64,000 bases of DNA from Nannocystis pusilla. GTDB lineage: Bacteria; Myxococcota_A; Polyangia; Nannocystales; Nannocystaceae. Below the pieces are notes generated by a model. It searched no databases. It was given only the letters and a program-made list of their open reading frames with translations, and was not told the DNA's origin. This document shows positions 8,709-19,391 of the stretch, in pieces (the stretch's first letter is position 1; the number at the start of each line of letters is the position of its first letter). The stretch is from positions 1,165,204 to 1,229,203 of the forward strand of contig NZ_JAPNKE010000002.1 in assembly GCF_026626665.1 (NCBI RefSeq). Direction: 5' to 3'. Made by a program: the position numbers and the translations under genes.

Positions 8709-9530
8709 TCAGCCGATCGGGGCGTTGGCGATCCGGTGGACCAGCCAGAACAGGTTGGGGCCGTGGCGGTCGGGCAGCTCGCGCTTGACCGCGCGGAGCT
8801 GGTCGCACAGCTGCTCGAGGCCGCGGTCGAGGACGACGGCGCGGCGGGCCTCGAGGCGCTGGCCGACGCCGATCGGCTGCCAACTGGTGCCCCACGGGAT
8901 CGACCAGGTCAGCACGCGGTCGCCCGGGCGCAGGGCCTGCGACAGGTTGCTGTCGGTGAGGGTGACGGGCTCGTCGCGCAGCAGGTCCTTGCCGCGCACG
9001 CGCTGCTTGCCGGGGTTCACGTCGTCGACGGCGACCAGCAGGAGGCGCGCCTGCAGGCAGGCGTCGAGGGCGGCGCGCTGGCGGCCCTCGAGCGGCACGC
9101 CGGCGCTGGTGAACATGTCGACCAGGCGGACGCCCTTGGGGTCGCGGTAGCCGTACAGGCAGAACGTCTGGGCGGCGCGGCGCAGGTCGGCGTTGTTCTT
9201 CTCGGCCGGCGTGGCGCCGCCGAAGAAGCCGTTCATCACCTGGGTGACGAACGGACCGAAGCGCCGGGTGGCGAAGCTGCCCAGCATCGACTCGACCCGC
9301 TCGAAGTCGGCGCGCTCGTAGCGGCCGAACTTGGGGGTGAGCGGTCGCTCGTTCGTCAGCGCCGCCACGGGGGCAGGGTTGCGCGCGCGGGCGGCCTCCT
9401 GGGCTTGCGCGATCTCCTGCTCGGCGGTGAGGAACGGGCCGGTGCCGCGACGCTTGCGGCGGGAGTCCGAGCGGGGCGTCGACGCGGCGGGCGGGGCTAC
9501 GGTGCCGGGTTGTTCGGGTGTGTCGGTCAT
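8709..9530 (-). CDS. Hypothetical protein
   Basis: 273 aa from the ATG at 9530 (confirmed). No family recognised. The start overlaps the upstream gene stop (ATGA overlap), suggesting an operon with the lipoprotein genes. Confidence 0.45.
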   Translation of the reverse strand: MTDTPEQPGTVAPPAASTPRSDSRRKRRGTGPFLTAEQEIAQAQEAARARNPAPVAALTNERPLTPKFGRYERADFERVESMLGSFATRRFGPFVTQVMNGFFGGATPAEKNNADLRRAAQTFCLYGYRDPKGVRLVDMFTSAGVPLEGRQRAALDACLQARLLLVAVDDVNPGKQRVRGKDLLRDEPVTLTDSNLSQALRPGDRVLTWSIPWGTSWQPIGVGQRLEARRAVVLDRGLEQLCDQLRAVKRELPDRHGPNLFWLVHRIANAPIG

Positions 9531-10887
9531 GGGTCCGTCATTTCGGCGCACGCGCCGTCGAAGGCGATCCGCGGCAGTTCGATGGCCAGGCTCGCGTTCG
9601 GGGCGGCCGGCGTCGGGTCGTCGCCGTTGCCGTAGCACGGCTCGTCGGAGCCGGCGGCGTACGCCTCGATGCGCAGGTACAGCTCCTCGTGGGCCATCGG
9701 CGCGTCGTCCCACACCAGCGGCTCGATGTCGCGGATCTTGCCGAGCTCGGCGCAGGGGACGGTGGCGACGCCGTCGAGCACGATCGGCGGGTTCTGGCCG
9801 TCACGCAGCGCGGCCGTCGGGACGACCTGCAGGTCGGCGTCGAGGACGGTGATCCGCGCGCGGTCGATCACGAGGCCCGGCTCCGGCGTGCACGTCGTGA
9901 AGGGCAGCTCGTCGGGGCCGCTGAGGAGCGCCAGCGAGAACGAGAAGCCGGCCTCGATCGGCGCGAGGAAGCTGGCGATCGTGAAGTCGGCGAGCAGGTC
10001 GACGCTCTGGAAGCCCTCCGGCGCCAGCGTGAAGGACGTGACGTCGGCGTCGAGCGCGGGCACGGCCAGCTTCTTGCCGTTCGCGGCGAGGCCGGCGACC
10101 GAGAGGGTGTAGTCGCCGGGATCGAGCGACTCGGTGAAGGTCTGGGCGGTGGTGGTGCAGGGGAAGCGGAGCTTCGTGGCCGTCGGCCCGTCGATCGCCA
10201 CCTCGATGTCGATGAGCCCGAGGCCGCCGCAGGAGGCGCTCGGGTTGCCGCTCATGAGCTCCGGACGGACGACGAGCTGGGCGCCGGCGCTGTCGCCGAT
10301 CTCGAGGCCGGCGCGGTCGCCCGCGCAGGACGGGTCGGCGAGGTCGGTGTAACCGTCGCGGTCGTTGTCGATGCCGTCGCTGCACTGCGGCGCGCCGACG
10401 ATGACGACGTCGAGCGGCTTGCCCTCGCCGGCCGCGCTGATCACGACGTCCTGAGCGGTCGAGGCGAGCACCTTCTTGCAGGAGGTGTCGACCTCGCTGC
10501 CGTCGGTGTCGACGACGCTGGTGGGCTCGTCGGCGCAGAACTGGACGTCGCGCCGGCCGAGCGCGGTGACGGTGACGCTGTACGTGCCGGCGCCGACCTC
10601 GGGCCCCGGCGCGCGGGCGTCAGGGTTTCAGAGCCGGCGGGGAAGCACGGGAACTCGCGCTCGTCGAGCAGGGCGTTGCCGCCGTCGCGGGTGCTGACGC
10701 GGATCCGGCTGATGCCGAGCTCCGTGCACTGATCGACCGAGACGAGCTCGGCGGCCTCGCTGACCTCGACCTGGTCGAGGGGCTGCAGGCGCCAGCGGAC
10801 CGCGAAGCTGGGGTCCTCCGCGCAGCCGGCCGCGGCGACGGTCGCGAGCGCGAGGGGGGCGAGGCGGGCGCGGAGCATCAGGGCCGG
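9527..10887 (-). CDS. Cys-rich lipoprotein with DNDxDG-type motif, split by a frameshift at about 10615
   Basis: Lipobox LATVAAAGC. Two adjacent ORFs in different frames read continuously (...CFPAGSETLT / ...VTSAALG...). It has many paired Cys and the motif CSDGIDNDRDGYTD. Confidence 0.5.
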
Positions 10888-10888
10888 T

Positions 10889-11647
10889 CTATCCGTCACA
10901 GGCGGGGTTTTCAAGGTCCAGGGCGACCAGGACGGGTGAGTCTTCGATTGTCACGGCGTGCGAGCAGCTGCGGCCGTCGATCTCGAGGTCGAGGCGATAG
11001 CGGCCGGGGTCGACGTCGGCGACGCGGTGCGCGCCCTGGAGGCCGGCGCAGGCTTGCTCCTGGCCGCTCAGGCGCAGGCCGCGGTCGCTGCTCAAGTTCT
11101 CGCGGTACAGCGCGGGCGGCTCGTCGGCCTCGGCGAGGAACAGGTCGGCGGCGGGGTCGGCGTAGCGCAGCGAGACCACGAGGTCGCTGCAGGCGCCGGT
11201 CAACGCGAGGTCGAGCGGTTGCGTCGCGCGCTCCAGCTCGAGGTCGACCGCCGTGATGGCGTGGCTCTCGACCTCGCCGACGGCCGCCGCCGCGACGAGC
11301 GGCGCCTCCTCGGCGGCCCGGCCGCTGGCCGTCAAGGCGTAAGTGCCGGGGCGGAGGTCGAGGAAGATCTCCGGCGTCTCGACGGCCCGCGCCGCCGGCG
11401 ACATGTTGCCGGTCTCACACGCGTACGCGAACACGCGGTCGCGCGCGGGGTCGCCGGCGTCGATCACCCGCACCGTCACGCCGGACAGTCCCGCCCCCTC
11501 GCAGGTGCGCACCCGGCGAGCTTCAGGACCGTCGACCGCGTTGGCCTCGCGCGCGGTCCACGTCAGCTCGAGGCCGGTGGCGCCGCCCGCGGGCAAGACG
11601 CACGCCGGCCCCAAGAGCCAGGTCCCTAGGAGCAGCCTTCGCAGCAT
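10889..11647 (-). CDS. Cys-rich lipoprotein
   Basis: Begins MLRRLLLGTWLLGPAC (signal peptide plus lipobox). Seven regularly spaced Cys. ATG at 11647 confirmed. It is the C-terminal part of the spurious 1040-aa track ORF. Confidence 0.55.
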   Translation of the reverse strand: MLRRLLLGTWLLGPACVLPAGGATGLELTWTAREANAVDGPEARRVRTCEGAGLSGVTVRVIDAGDPARDRVFAYACETGNMSPAARAVETPEIFLDLRPGTYALTASGRAAEEAPLVAAAAVGEVESHAITAVDLELERATQPLDLALTGACSDLVVSLRYADPAADLFLAEADEPPALYRENLSSDRGLRLSGQEQACAGLQGAHRVADVDPGRYRLDLEIDGRSCSHAVTIEDSPVLVALDLENPACDG

Positions 11648-12288
11648 CCTTCGAGGTCCATGACGGTGCGCCCCTGCTCCGGCGGCTCCTGCACGCAGGC
11701 GTCGAGGCCGGTGAGCACGAAGAGGTAGACCTGCAGGTCGGTCAAGAGGCCCGGCTCGACTCTGCGGGTGCGCGGACCGGGGGTCAGGGCGCAGGCGGGG
11801 CCGAGCTCGCAGACGCATCGGTCTTCGAACTCGGCGACCAGCGCGACCTCGAAGTCGTAGGGCTCTTCCTCGCGGGCCGCGACGATGGAGAACCCTCGGG
11901 CGGCCTCGCAGCCGTAGGTGAGGACGTCGATCTGGCACGACTCGTCGGTGGCGCAGGCCTCCGGGCAATCGGGCTCGCACAGGCGAAGCTGCGTCCGCAG
12001 CCGGTAGGGGCGGCGCGGGCCGTCGGCGGTGGTGCGGCCGATGAAGCCGCACAGGTCGCCGAATTTGTCGCCGCCGACGTTGGCGCCGCAGATGTCGTCC
12101 AGCTCGCCGGCGGGGAAGATCGAGCGGCCGGCGGCGTCGACGACCGTCCAATTGAGCTCGACCTCGCCTTTGTCGCGCACGCACGCGGCCGCCGTGGCGA
12201 GCGCGAGGATCGCTCCCGCCGCCGGGCTCGGGCCCCGCCGCAGGTGCGAGCCCGGCGCGGGCGCGAGCGCTTGGGTGGGGCGAGGCAC
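11626..12288 (-). CDS. Cys-rich lipoprotein
   Basis: AILALATAAAC lipobox and dense Cys clusters (CEPDCPEAC, CVCELGPAC, GCCEGCS). The start was chosen at an in-frame GTG and is uncertain. Confidence 0.45.
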   Translation of the reverse strand: MPRPTQALAPAPGSHLRRGPSPAAGAILALATAAACVRDKGEVELNWTVVDAAGRSIFPAGELDDICGANVGGDKFGDLCGFIGRTTADGPRRPYRLRTQLRLCEPDCPEACATDESCQIDVLTYGCEAARGFSIVAAREEEPYDFEVALVAEFEDRCVCELGPACALTPGPRTRRVEPGLLTDLQVYLFVLTGLDACVQEPPEQGRTVMDLEGCCEGCS

Positions 12289-12370
12289 GGCCGGGAGGAT
12301 AGCAAAACCGTAACCGTCGGGGGCGACCCGCGGTTTGACGGGGCCGGGCGGGGGCGTGTAGCCTGCCGGC

Positions 12371-13075
12371 GTGTTGCTTCCCGCGCCCAGCTTGCTCGCC
12401 GAGATCGACATCGTCCACCTGCTGTTCGGCGCCAAGGGCCTCGTGCTCGTGGTCGCCATCCTGCTGGTCACCTCGATCTTCACCACGATCTTCGTGATTC
12501 TCTACAAGCTGATCCACATCAGCCAGGCGCAGTCGCAGTCGATCACGTTCCTCGACCGGTTCTGGGAGTCGAAGCGCCTCGACGACATCTACCGGGTCGC
12601 CGAGCAGCTCAAGTACAGCCCGCTGGCGGCGATGTTCCGCGCCGGCTACATCGAGCTGTCCAAGGTCAAGAAGGGCCAGAACGAGACCACCGGCTCGATG
12701 CACGAGAAGATGGACGGGCTCGAGAACATCGAGCGCGCGCTGGCCCGCGCCAAGGTCAGCGAGACCACCAAGCTCGAGAACCTGATGCCGCTGTTGGCCA
12801 CCATCGGCTCGGCCGCGCCGTTCGTCGGTCTGCTCGGCACGGTGTGGGGCATCATGGAGGCGTTCTCCGCCATCGCCGCGTCCGGCTCGGCCGACCTGGC
12901 GACGGTCTCGGGCCCGATCGCCGAGGCGCTGGTGGCGACCGCGACGTCGCTGATGAGCGCGATCCCGGCGGTCATGGCGTACAACTACTTCAACCGCCGC
13001 ATCAAGGTGCTCGGCGCCGAGATGACGACGTTCGGCAGCGATTACACCAACATCGTCAAGCGCCACTTCTTCTAA
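12371..13075 (+). CDS. tolQ: Tol-Pal system protein TolQ (MotA/TolQ/ExbB proton channel)
   Basis: Three TM helices and the conserved C-terminal motif GLLGTVWGIMEAF. Followed by tolR, a tolA-like gene and tolB. Confidence 0.8.
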   Translation: MLLPAPSLLAEIDIVHLLFGAKGLVLVVAILLVTSIFTTIFVILYKLIHISQAQSQSITFLDRFWESKRLDDIYRVAEQLKYSPLAAMFRAGYIELSKVKKGQNETTGSMHEKMDGLENIERALARAKVSETTKLENLMPLLATIGSAAPFVGLLGTVWGIMEAFSAIAASGSADLATVSGPIAEALVATATSLMSAIPAVMAYNYFNRRIKVLGAEMTTFGSDYTNIVKRHFF

Positions 13076-13105
13076 TCGGTCGCCTGCTACGATCACGGTG
13101 GACGC

Positions 13106-13552
13106 ATGAGCAGCAAGGTCACAGCAGACGCGATCCAGGGCGAGGGCCCGGTCTCGGCGATCAACGTCACGCCGCTGGTCGACGTGATGTTGTGTCTGCT
13201 CATCATCTTCATGGTGTCGACGCCGATGATGGCGCCGAAGCAGCCGCAGAAGATCGCGGTGCCGAAGGCCAAGGCGCAGGCGATCGCGCAGGAGCAATTC
13301 CTGCTGGCCACGGTGTCGGTCGACGCCAAGGGCGACGTCTTCATGGGCACGGTCGCGCTCTCGCGCGACCCCGCGACCATGGCCAACGAGCTCAGCAGCA
13401 ACGCGCGCCTCAAGCAGGACGGGGTGGCCTTCATCCAGGGCGACTCGAACATCGAGTTCAGCCGGATCGTCGAGCTCCTCGTCGCGTTGCGTACGGCCGG
13501 GGTGTCCAAGGTCGGCTTCTTGACCGACCCGAAGGTCCCGCCGCGCACCTGA
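13106..13552 (+). CDS. tolR: Tol-Pal system protein TolR (ExbD/TolR)
   Basis: INVTPLVDVMLCLLIIFMV TM anchor and an ExbD-like periplasmic domain. Confidence 0.8.
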   Translation: MSSKVTADAIQGEGPVSAINVTPLVDVMLCLLIIFMVSTPMMAPKQPQKIAVPKAKAQAIAQEQFLLATVSVDAKGDVFMGTVALSRDPATMANELSSNARLKQDGVAFIQGDSNIEFSRIVELLVALRTAGVSKVGFLTDPKVPPRT

Positions 13553-13565
13553 GAGGGAACGAGCG

Positions 13566-14420
13566 ATGTCCGAGATCAAAGTCCGCACCGTGCCGATGCT
13601 GCTGTCGCCGTTCGTCGAGCTGGGCCGCCAGTTCGGCGACATCCTGCGCAACCCGACTGCGTTCTTCGGCAGCCTGCTGGGCTCGGCGCTGCTCACCGGC
13701 GGAGTGGCCGCGCTGGTGATGTTCGGGCCGACCTTCGAGGTCTCGGCCGGCGAGGACGACGACGAGCTCGAGATGGAGTTCATGCCCGGCAAGCTGGTGC
13801 GGCTCGGGCCCAAGCTCGACCCGACGGAGATCCCGGAGAAGATCATCGTCGAGAAGACGGTCGCGGCCGAGCAGGCCGCCGAGACGACGGTGACCGACGA
13901 CGAGAAGGCCAAGCCGACCACCGAGCCGAAGAAGAACGAGCCGAAGAAGAACGACACCAAGTCGACCGAGAAGCCCGACCCCAACAAGAAGGGCGCCAAG
14001 GAGTCCGACAAGAATCAGGACTCGAACACGCCGCACAACGACCTGCCCACGGTCAAGCAGCTGCCCGGCGATCCCTTCGGCTCGTCGGACGGCTGGTCCG
14101 ACACCTTCAAGGAAGGCGACCCGTGGGCCACCGAGGTCATGAAGGTGCTAAACGGCATGAAGGTCGGCACCTTCGGCGCCGAGGGCAAGGACGCGACCTT
14201 CAAGTTCCGCCTCGAGGTCTGCCCCGACGGCAAGCTGTCGGCGCAGCAGAAGCAGGGCACGGGCGACGCCACGCTGGACGCGCGGATCAAGAGCACCATC
14301 GAGGGGCTCAAGGTCAGCGTCCCGGCGGGCGTGGCCGACCTGCTCAAGGGCAAGTGCAAGAAGATCCAGTACGAGTTCACCTGGCGCGGCAAGGGTGCCG
14401 GCGCCGGCTCGGTCAAGTAG
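13566..14420 (+). CDS. tolA: TolA/TonB-like energy-transducer protein (putative TolA)
   Basis: N-terminal TM helix, long K/E/P-rich charged linker and a C-terminal globular domain. Its position between tolR and tolB supports the call. Confidence 0.45.
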   Translation: MSEIKVRTVPMLLSPFVELGRQFGDILRNPTAFFGSLLGSALLTGGVAALVMFGPTFEVSAGEDDDELEMEFMPGKLVRLGPKLDPTEIPEKIIVEKTVAAEQAAETTVTDDEKAKPTTEPKKNEPKKNDTKSTEKPDPNKKGAKESDKNQDSNTPHNDLPTVKQLPGDPFGSSDGWSDTFKEGDPWATEVMKVLNGMKVGTFGAEGKDATFKFRLEVCPDGKLSAQQKQGTGDATLDARIKSTIEGLKVSVPAGVADLLKGKCKKIQYEFTWRGKGAGAGSVK

Positions 14421-14627
14421 AGTGGATAGGAGCCGCGGCTCGGCCCGGCAGTTGACATTTTGTCCGCGAGCGGCCGGCTGAGGCGTCGTCCGGCCGGTTG
14501 CGGCGGCCGGCCGGTGCAGCGGGCCCCCAGCGCGGCCGCGGTCGAAAGGGCCACATTGGCCCGCGGGGGGGTTCCCCAGGGCTTGACTGGCGGGTATGGT
14601 TGGCACGCTCAGAAGGTGCCATCGCCC

Positions 14628-15902
14628 ATGAAGCGGACCCTGCTCGGAACTTCTTTCCTCGCCACCCTCCTGCTCAGCGCCTCGTTTTACGCGGGCAAAC
14701 AGCCGGCCCTGGCCAACGCGGCTCCGGCCGCGGGCTCGGAGGTCGACCTCGGCGGCGGGTTCACGCTGCTGCGTCTCGCGGTCCCAGCCGACGGCCGCAT
14801 CGGCGACATCCTGCGCAAGAACGCGTTGATCTCGAGCGGCTTCGAGGTCATCGACCGGCGCAGCATCCCGGCCGCGCTGATCAAGGCCAACGACTTCGAC
14901 CAGAAGGGCTGGCAGGACATCGGCGCCCAGGCCGTGATCCTCGCCGACGAGGTCGGCGGTCAGTTCAAGTTCCGCCTGTTCGACATGGGCGCCGGCGGCA
15001 AGCCGGTGCTGTCGCGCGGCTACGCGGCCAACGATCCGCTCAAGGCCGCGAACCGGTTCATGAACGACGTGATCGAGCACTACACCAAGATCCCGGGTGT
15101 GTTCGGCTCGCGCATCGCGTTCGTCCGCACCAACCGCACGCCGACGGTCACGAAGAACGTGTTCACGGTCGAGATGAACGGCGAGTCGCCGGCCTCGATC
15201 ACCAACAACCGCTCGCTCAACATCTCGCCGTCGATCGGCCCCGGCGGGCAGGTGCTCTTCACCTCCTACGCCAAGCGCAACCCCGACCTGTGGATGAGCT
15301 CCGGCGGCTCGCTGAGCCGGATCAGCACCCAGCGCGGCCTCAACCTCGGCGGCGTGATGAGCCCCGACGGCTCGAGCATCGCGCTGACGCTGTCGAAGGA
15401 CGGCAACTCCGAGATCTACCTCATCGACACCGGCGGCACGATCAAGGCCCGCCTCACCAACAACGCGGCGATCGACGGCTCGCCGACGTGGAGCCCGGGC
15501 GCGAACCAGCTCGCGTTCGTGTCGAGCCGCTCGGGCGGCCCGCAGGTGTTCCGCATGGGCTCCAACGGGGCCGGCGCGACCCGCCTGACCAAGCAGGGCA
15601 GCTACAACCAGACGCCCGACTGGAACCCCGGCCAGGGCGCCCGCGCCAACCTCGTCGCCTACGCCGGCCGCGACAACTCCAACCGCTACGACATCTTCTC
15701 GATCGACGTCGGCAGCGGCAAGCTGGCGCGCTTGACCCAGAACCCGGGCCGCAACCTCGACCCGAGCTGGTCGCCCGACGGCCGCATGATCGCGTTCCAG
15801 TCGACCGTCGGCGGCATCGTCGTCGCCAACGACAAGGGCAACAACCAGCAGGTCATCGCCAAGGCCGGCACCACGCCCGACTGGGGCCCGCGCAGCGAGT
15901 AG
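14628..15902 (+). CDS. tolB: Tol-Pal system beta-propeller protein TolB
   Basis: Signal peptide MKRTLLGTSFLATLLLSASFYA, a TolB N-domain and WD-like beta-propeller repeats (SPDG.. / SWSPDG). ATG at 14628 confirmed. Confidence 0.85.
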   Translation: MKRTLLGTSFLATLLLSASFYAGKQPALANAAPAAGSEVDLGGGFTLLRLAVPADGRIGDILRKNALISSGFEVIDRRSIPAALIKANDFDQKGWQDIGAQAVILADEVGGQFKFRLFDMGAGGKPVLSRGYAANDPLKAANRFMNDVIEHYTKIPGVFGSRIAFVRTNRTPTVTKNVFTVEMNGESPASITNNRSLNISPSIGPGGQVLFTSYAKRNPDLWMSSGGSLSRISTQRGLNLGGVMSPDGSSIALTLSKDGNSEIYLIDTGGTIKARLTNNAAIDGSPTWSPGANQLAFVSSRSGGPQVFRMGSNGAGATRLTKQGSYNQTPDWNPGQGARANLVAYAGRDNSNRYDIFSIDVGSGKLARLTQNPGRNLDPSWSPDGRMIAFQSTVGGIVVANDKGNNQQVIAKAGTTPDWGPRSE

Positions 15903-15914
15903 GTCCTTCGGGAC

Positions 15915-16865
15915 ATGTCCCCAAACTCAGGTGAGCCTGCGACGCCGCGCGCCGCGGATCCGCGAGGATCCTGGCGCGCGGTCATCGATATCGGGACCAA
16001 CAGCGTCCTGCTGCTCGTCGCCCGCTGGCGCGGCCAGGACATCGAGATCGCGCTCGACCAGGCCACCATCACCCGCCTCGGCAAGGGCGTGGCGGCGACC
16101 GGCGTGCTGGCGCCCGAGTCGATCGCGCGCACGCTCGAAGTGCTGAAGCAGTACCGCGCGACCGCGGCGCAGTACGGGGCGACGCCGCTGGCGGTCACGA
16201 CCGAGGGCGTGCGCCTGGCCAAGAACCGCGACGAATTCCTGCGGCCCGCGGCCGAGGTGCTCGGCGCGCCGGTGCGGCTGCTCAGCGGCGCGGAGGAGGC
16301 CGAGCTGTCGTTCCGCTCGGTGGCGCAGGAGACCGGCTCGGCCGGGCCGCTGCGCGTGCTCGACATCGGCGGCGGCTCGACGGAGCTGGCCGTCGGCGAG
16401 GGCGAACAATTGGTCTCGTCGGTGTCGCACCCGATCGGCGCGGTGCGGCTGTACGAGCGCTTCGTGTCGCACGACCCGCCGGAGCCGGCCGAGGTGGCGC
16501 AGATCGAGCTCGAGGCGCTGGACACGTTCCGGCGCGGACAGCCGCTCGCGGCGTACCCGATCCTCACCGGGCTCGCGGGCACGGTCACGACCGCGGCGGC
16601 GATGCTGCGCGAGCTGCCGGCCTACGAGCGCGATGCGGTCGACGCCACGGCGTTCGCGTACGCCCAGGTCCGCGACCTCCGCGACCGCGCGGCGCAGGTG
16701 ACCGCCGCGGAGCGGTGCCGCCTGTGGCCCGCGCTCGACCCGGCGCGCGCCGACGTGATCGTCGCGGGGCTGACGATCCTGGTGGCGGCGATGCAGCACT
16801 GCGGGGCCACCAGCCTGGTCGTGCGCGACCGCGGCCTGCGCTACGCGCTGATCGAGAGGGATTGA
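15915..16865 (+). CDS. ppx: Ppx/GppA family phosphatase (exopolyphosphatase / guanosine pentaphosphate phosphohydrolase)
   Basis: AVIDIGTNSVLLLVA ASKHA-fold motif and LDIGGGSTEL. Stop overlaps the next start. Confidence 0.8.
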   Translation: MSPNSGEPATPRAADPRGSWRAVIDIGTNSVLLLVARWRGQDIEIALDQATITRLGKGVAATGVLAPESIARTLEVLKQYRATAAQYGATPLAVTTEGVRLAKNRDEFLRPAAEVLGAPVRLLSGAEEAELSFRSVAQETGSAGPLRVLDIGGGSTELAVGEGEQLVSSVSHPIGAVRLYERFVSHDPPEPAEVAQIELEALDTFRRGQPLAAYPILTGLAGTVTTAAAMLRELPAYERDAVDATAFAYAQVRDLRDRAAQVTAAERCRLWPALDPARADVIVAGLTILVAAMQHCGATSLVVRDRGLRYALIERD

Positions 16866-17690
16866 TGCGCGTCGACCTGCACTGCCACTCGACCTGCTCG
16901 GACGGCAGTCTGTCGCCGACCGAGGTGGCGACGCGGGCCCAGGCCGAGGGCGTGCAGCTGTTCTGCCTGACCGACCACGACTCGGTGGCCGGCTACGAGG
17001 CGACGGCGGCGGCGCTGCCGAACACGAGGGTGCTGCGCGGGGTCGAGCTGAGCTGCCGCCACGCCGGCAAGACGGTCCACCTGCTGATCTACGGGGTCCG
17101 CGAGGGGGCCGGGCTGACGGCGCTGCAGGGCCGGCTCGAGCATGTCCTCGAGGACAGGCGCACCCGCCTCAAGGCGATCATCGCCCGCCTGCGCCGGCTC
17201 GGGGTCAAGCTCGACGGCGAGAAGATCCTCATCGCCACCCACGGCCACACGCCCGGCCGGCCCGACGTGGCCCGCGCGCTGGTCGAGGCCGGGGTGGTCC
17301 GCTCGCAGCGCGAGGCGTTCGAACGCTACCTGCGCGACGGCGGCCCGGCCGACGTCGCGCTCGAGCGGGTGTCGCTCGACGACGGCCTCCGCCTCGGCCG
17401 CAACTCGGGGGCGAAGATGTCGCTGGCCCACCCGCACGCTGCGCTCGCCGCAGCTGGTCGACGAGATGTTCGTGCAGTACCGGTCGGCCGGGCTCGAGGG
17501 CATCGAGGCCTATTACGGCCGCTACGGGGCGCAGGAGCGCGGGCTGTGGCTGAACGTGGCCAAGCGGCGCGAGCTGGTGGTCACCGGCGGCTCGGACTTC
17601 CACGGGGCGGCGGTGCCGGAGATCCGGAATCCCGGCATCGAGCTGCCGGAGCGCCACGCGGAGCGCCTGCAGGCCTGGCTGGCGGAGTGA
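16865..17690 (+). CDS. PHP domain (polymerase/histidinol-phosphatase-like) metal-dependent phosphoesterase, frameshift at about 17440
   Basis: The start MRVDLHCHSTCSDGS carries the PHP motif. Two frames join at SLAHPH; the C-terminal part (GIEAYYG...TGGSDFHG) is in the other frame. Confidence 0.65.
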
Positions 17691-17781
17691 GCCGCGGCTG
17701 CGGGCGCCGCGGGTCGTCATGGCTTTGGGACATGTGTGAAGGGCCAGGTCCGAAGCGACAGGGTCGAAGGGGCAGGTCGAG

Positions 17782-19391
17782 GTGAGCGCGGGCGGCGGCG
17801 AGACCGGGGCGGAGCGGCGAGGTGAGGACCGGCCGGTGCTGCTGCGCGTCGAGGGGCTGACCATCGCGCGGCCCGACGGCGCGCCGCTGGTCGAGGCGCT
17901 GGCGCTGACGCTGCGGGCCGGCGAGACCGCGGCGGTGTTCGGCGCCAGCGGGGCCGGCAAGTCGACGCTGATGGCGGCGCTGCACGACGCGGACGGGCTG
18001 CGAGCGCGCGGGTTCGCGGTCCGGGCGGCCACGTTCACGGCGGCCGGCGGGGTCGGGATCGTGCCGCAGCGCGGGGCGCTGCTCGACCACCTGAGCGCCG
18101 CCGGTAACATCGCCCTGGCGCTGCGCAACGCCGAGCAGCCGGTGTCCGCCACTCCGCAGGAGGTCGAGCGCTGGATCGCCGCGCTCGACCTGCCGCGGCG
18201 CTGGAGCGACGAGGCGCAGGCGGTCGCGCACGTCAGCGGCGGCGAGGCGCAGCGCCTGGCCGTCGCGCGCACGCTGGCGGGCGGTCGGCGGATCTTGCTG
18301 CTCGACGAGCCCTCGGTCGGGCTCGATCCGCTCCGCGTCGATCGCCTGGCAGCGGCCCTGCGCGGGCAGATCGCCGGGCAGAGCGCGGCCGCGCTGGCGA
18401 TCACCCACGACCTCGAGTTCGCGGCCGGCTTCGCCGATCGCTTCCTCTACCTCGACGCGGCCGCGGGACGCCTGGTCGAGCTGCCGATCGCGCGCAGCGA
18501 GACGGCGGCGGCGACGGTCGCGGCGCTCGGGGCGGCGCTGCGCGAGCTGCTGGCCAAAGAGACAGGTCAGGCGGGCGGGCGATCGCGGCGGCGCCTGGGG
18601 GCGCGGCTGCGAGCTGTCCTCGGGGACATGTTGGCGCCGTTCGCGGTGCTGGTCCGGGCCCTCGCGGCCGCTCCGGCGGCGCTGGCCCGCCCGCGCGACT
18701 TCGCCGAGGTCGCGCGGGTGACCTTCGCGCAGGGCCTGTGGCGCCCGCTCGGCTTCATCGCCGCGGTGTCGCTGCTGGTCGGCTTCACCCTGCTGTACAT
18801 CTTCCACCGCGCGTTCTCGGGCGGCGGGGTGCCGGTGCGGCCGGACAAGATCTTCGCGCTGATCGGGTCGATGCACGTGCTGGCCCTGGCGCCGCCGCTG
18901 TCAGCGATCCTGTTCGCGGCGACGTCGGGCAGCGCGGTCGCGGCCTGGCTCGGCGGGATGTCGCTGACGCGCCAGACGGCGGCGCTGCGCGGGCTCGGGA
19001 TCGCCGAGGCGCGCTACTTGTGGCTGCCGGCGGTGCTCGGGCTGGCGCTGGCGTACGTGGTGCTGGCGGGGGTGTTCACCGGCGGGATGGTGCTCGGCGG
19101 GCTGCTCTACTTGAAGCTGCAGGTACCGGCGCTCGCCGACCCGTGGCTGGTCGTCACCGCCGACTTGCTCGATCCGCCGGCCGCGCGCGCCGTTCCGCGC
19201 GCGCGCTGGTGCTGGTCGCGCTCTACGCCGGCGGCATCGCGGCGGACGCGGTGGCCAAGGGGTCGAGCGACAAGGCCAGCGCCGACGCCGTGACCGCGGC
19301 GATGGTCCGCAGCGTGATGGCCTGTACGCTGTGGGTGGTGGCGCTCGAGCTGGCGTCGCTGGTCGTGCTGTATGGCGCTCGCGGAGGATAA
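17782..19391 (+). CDS. ABC transporter ATP-binding/permease fusion (MlaF/MlaE-like), C-terminal frameshift at about 19195
   Basis: Walker A GASGAGKST, signature VSGGEAQRL, Walker B LLLDEPSVGLD and ITHD. This is followed, with no stop, by a MlaE-like permease. Its last helix (LVLVALYAGGIAADAV...) continues in the adjacent frame. Confidence 0.6.

Noticed and set aside
12371-13552. Calling these genes exbB/exbD (TonB system) instead of tolQ/tolR
   Set aside because: tolB and a TolA-like gene immediately downstream in canonical order favour the Tol-Pal assignment.
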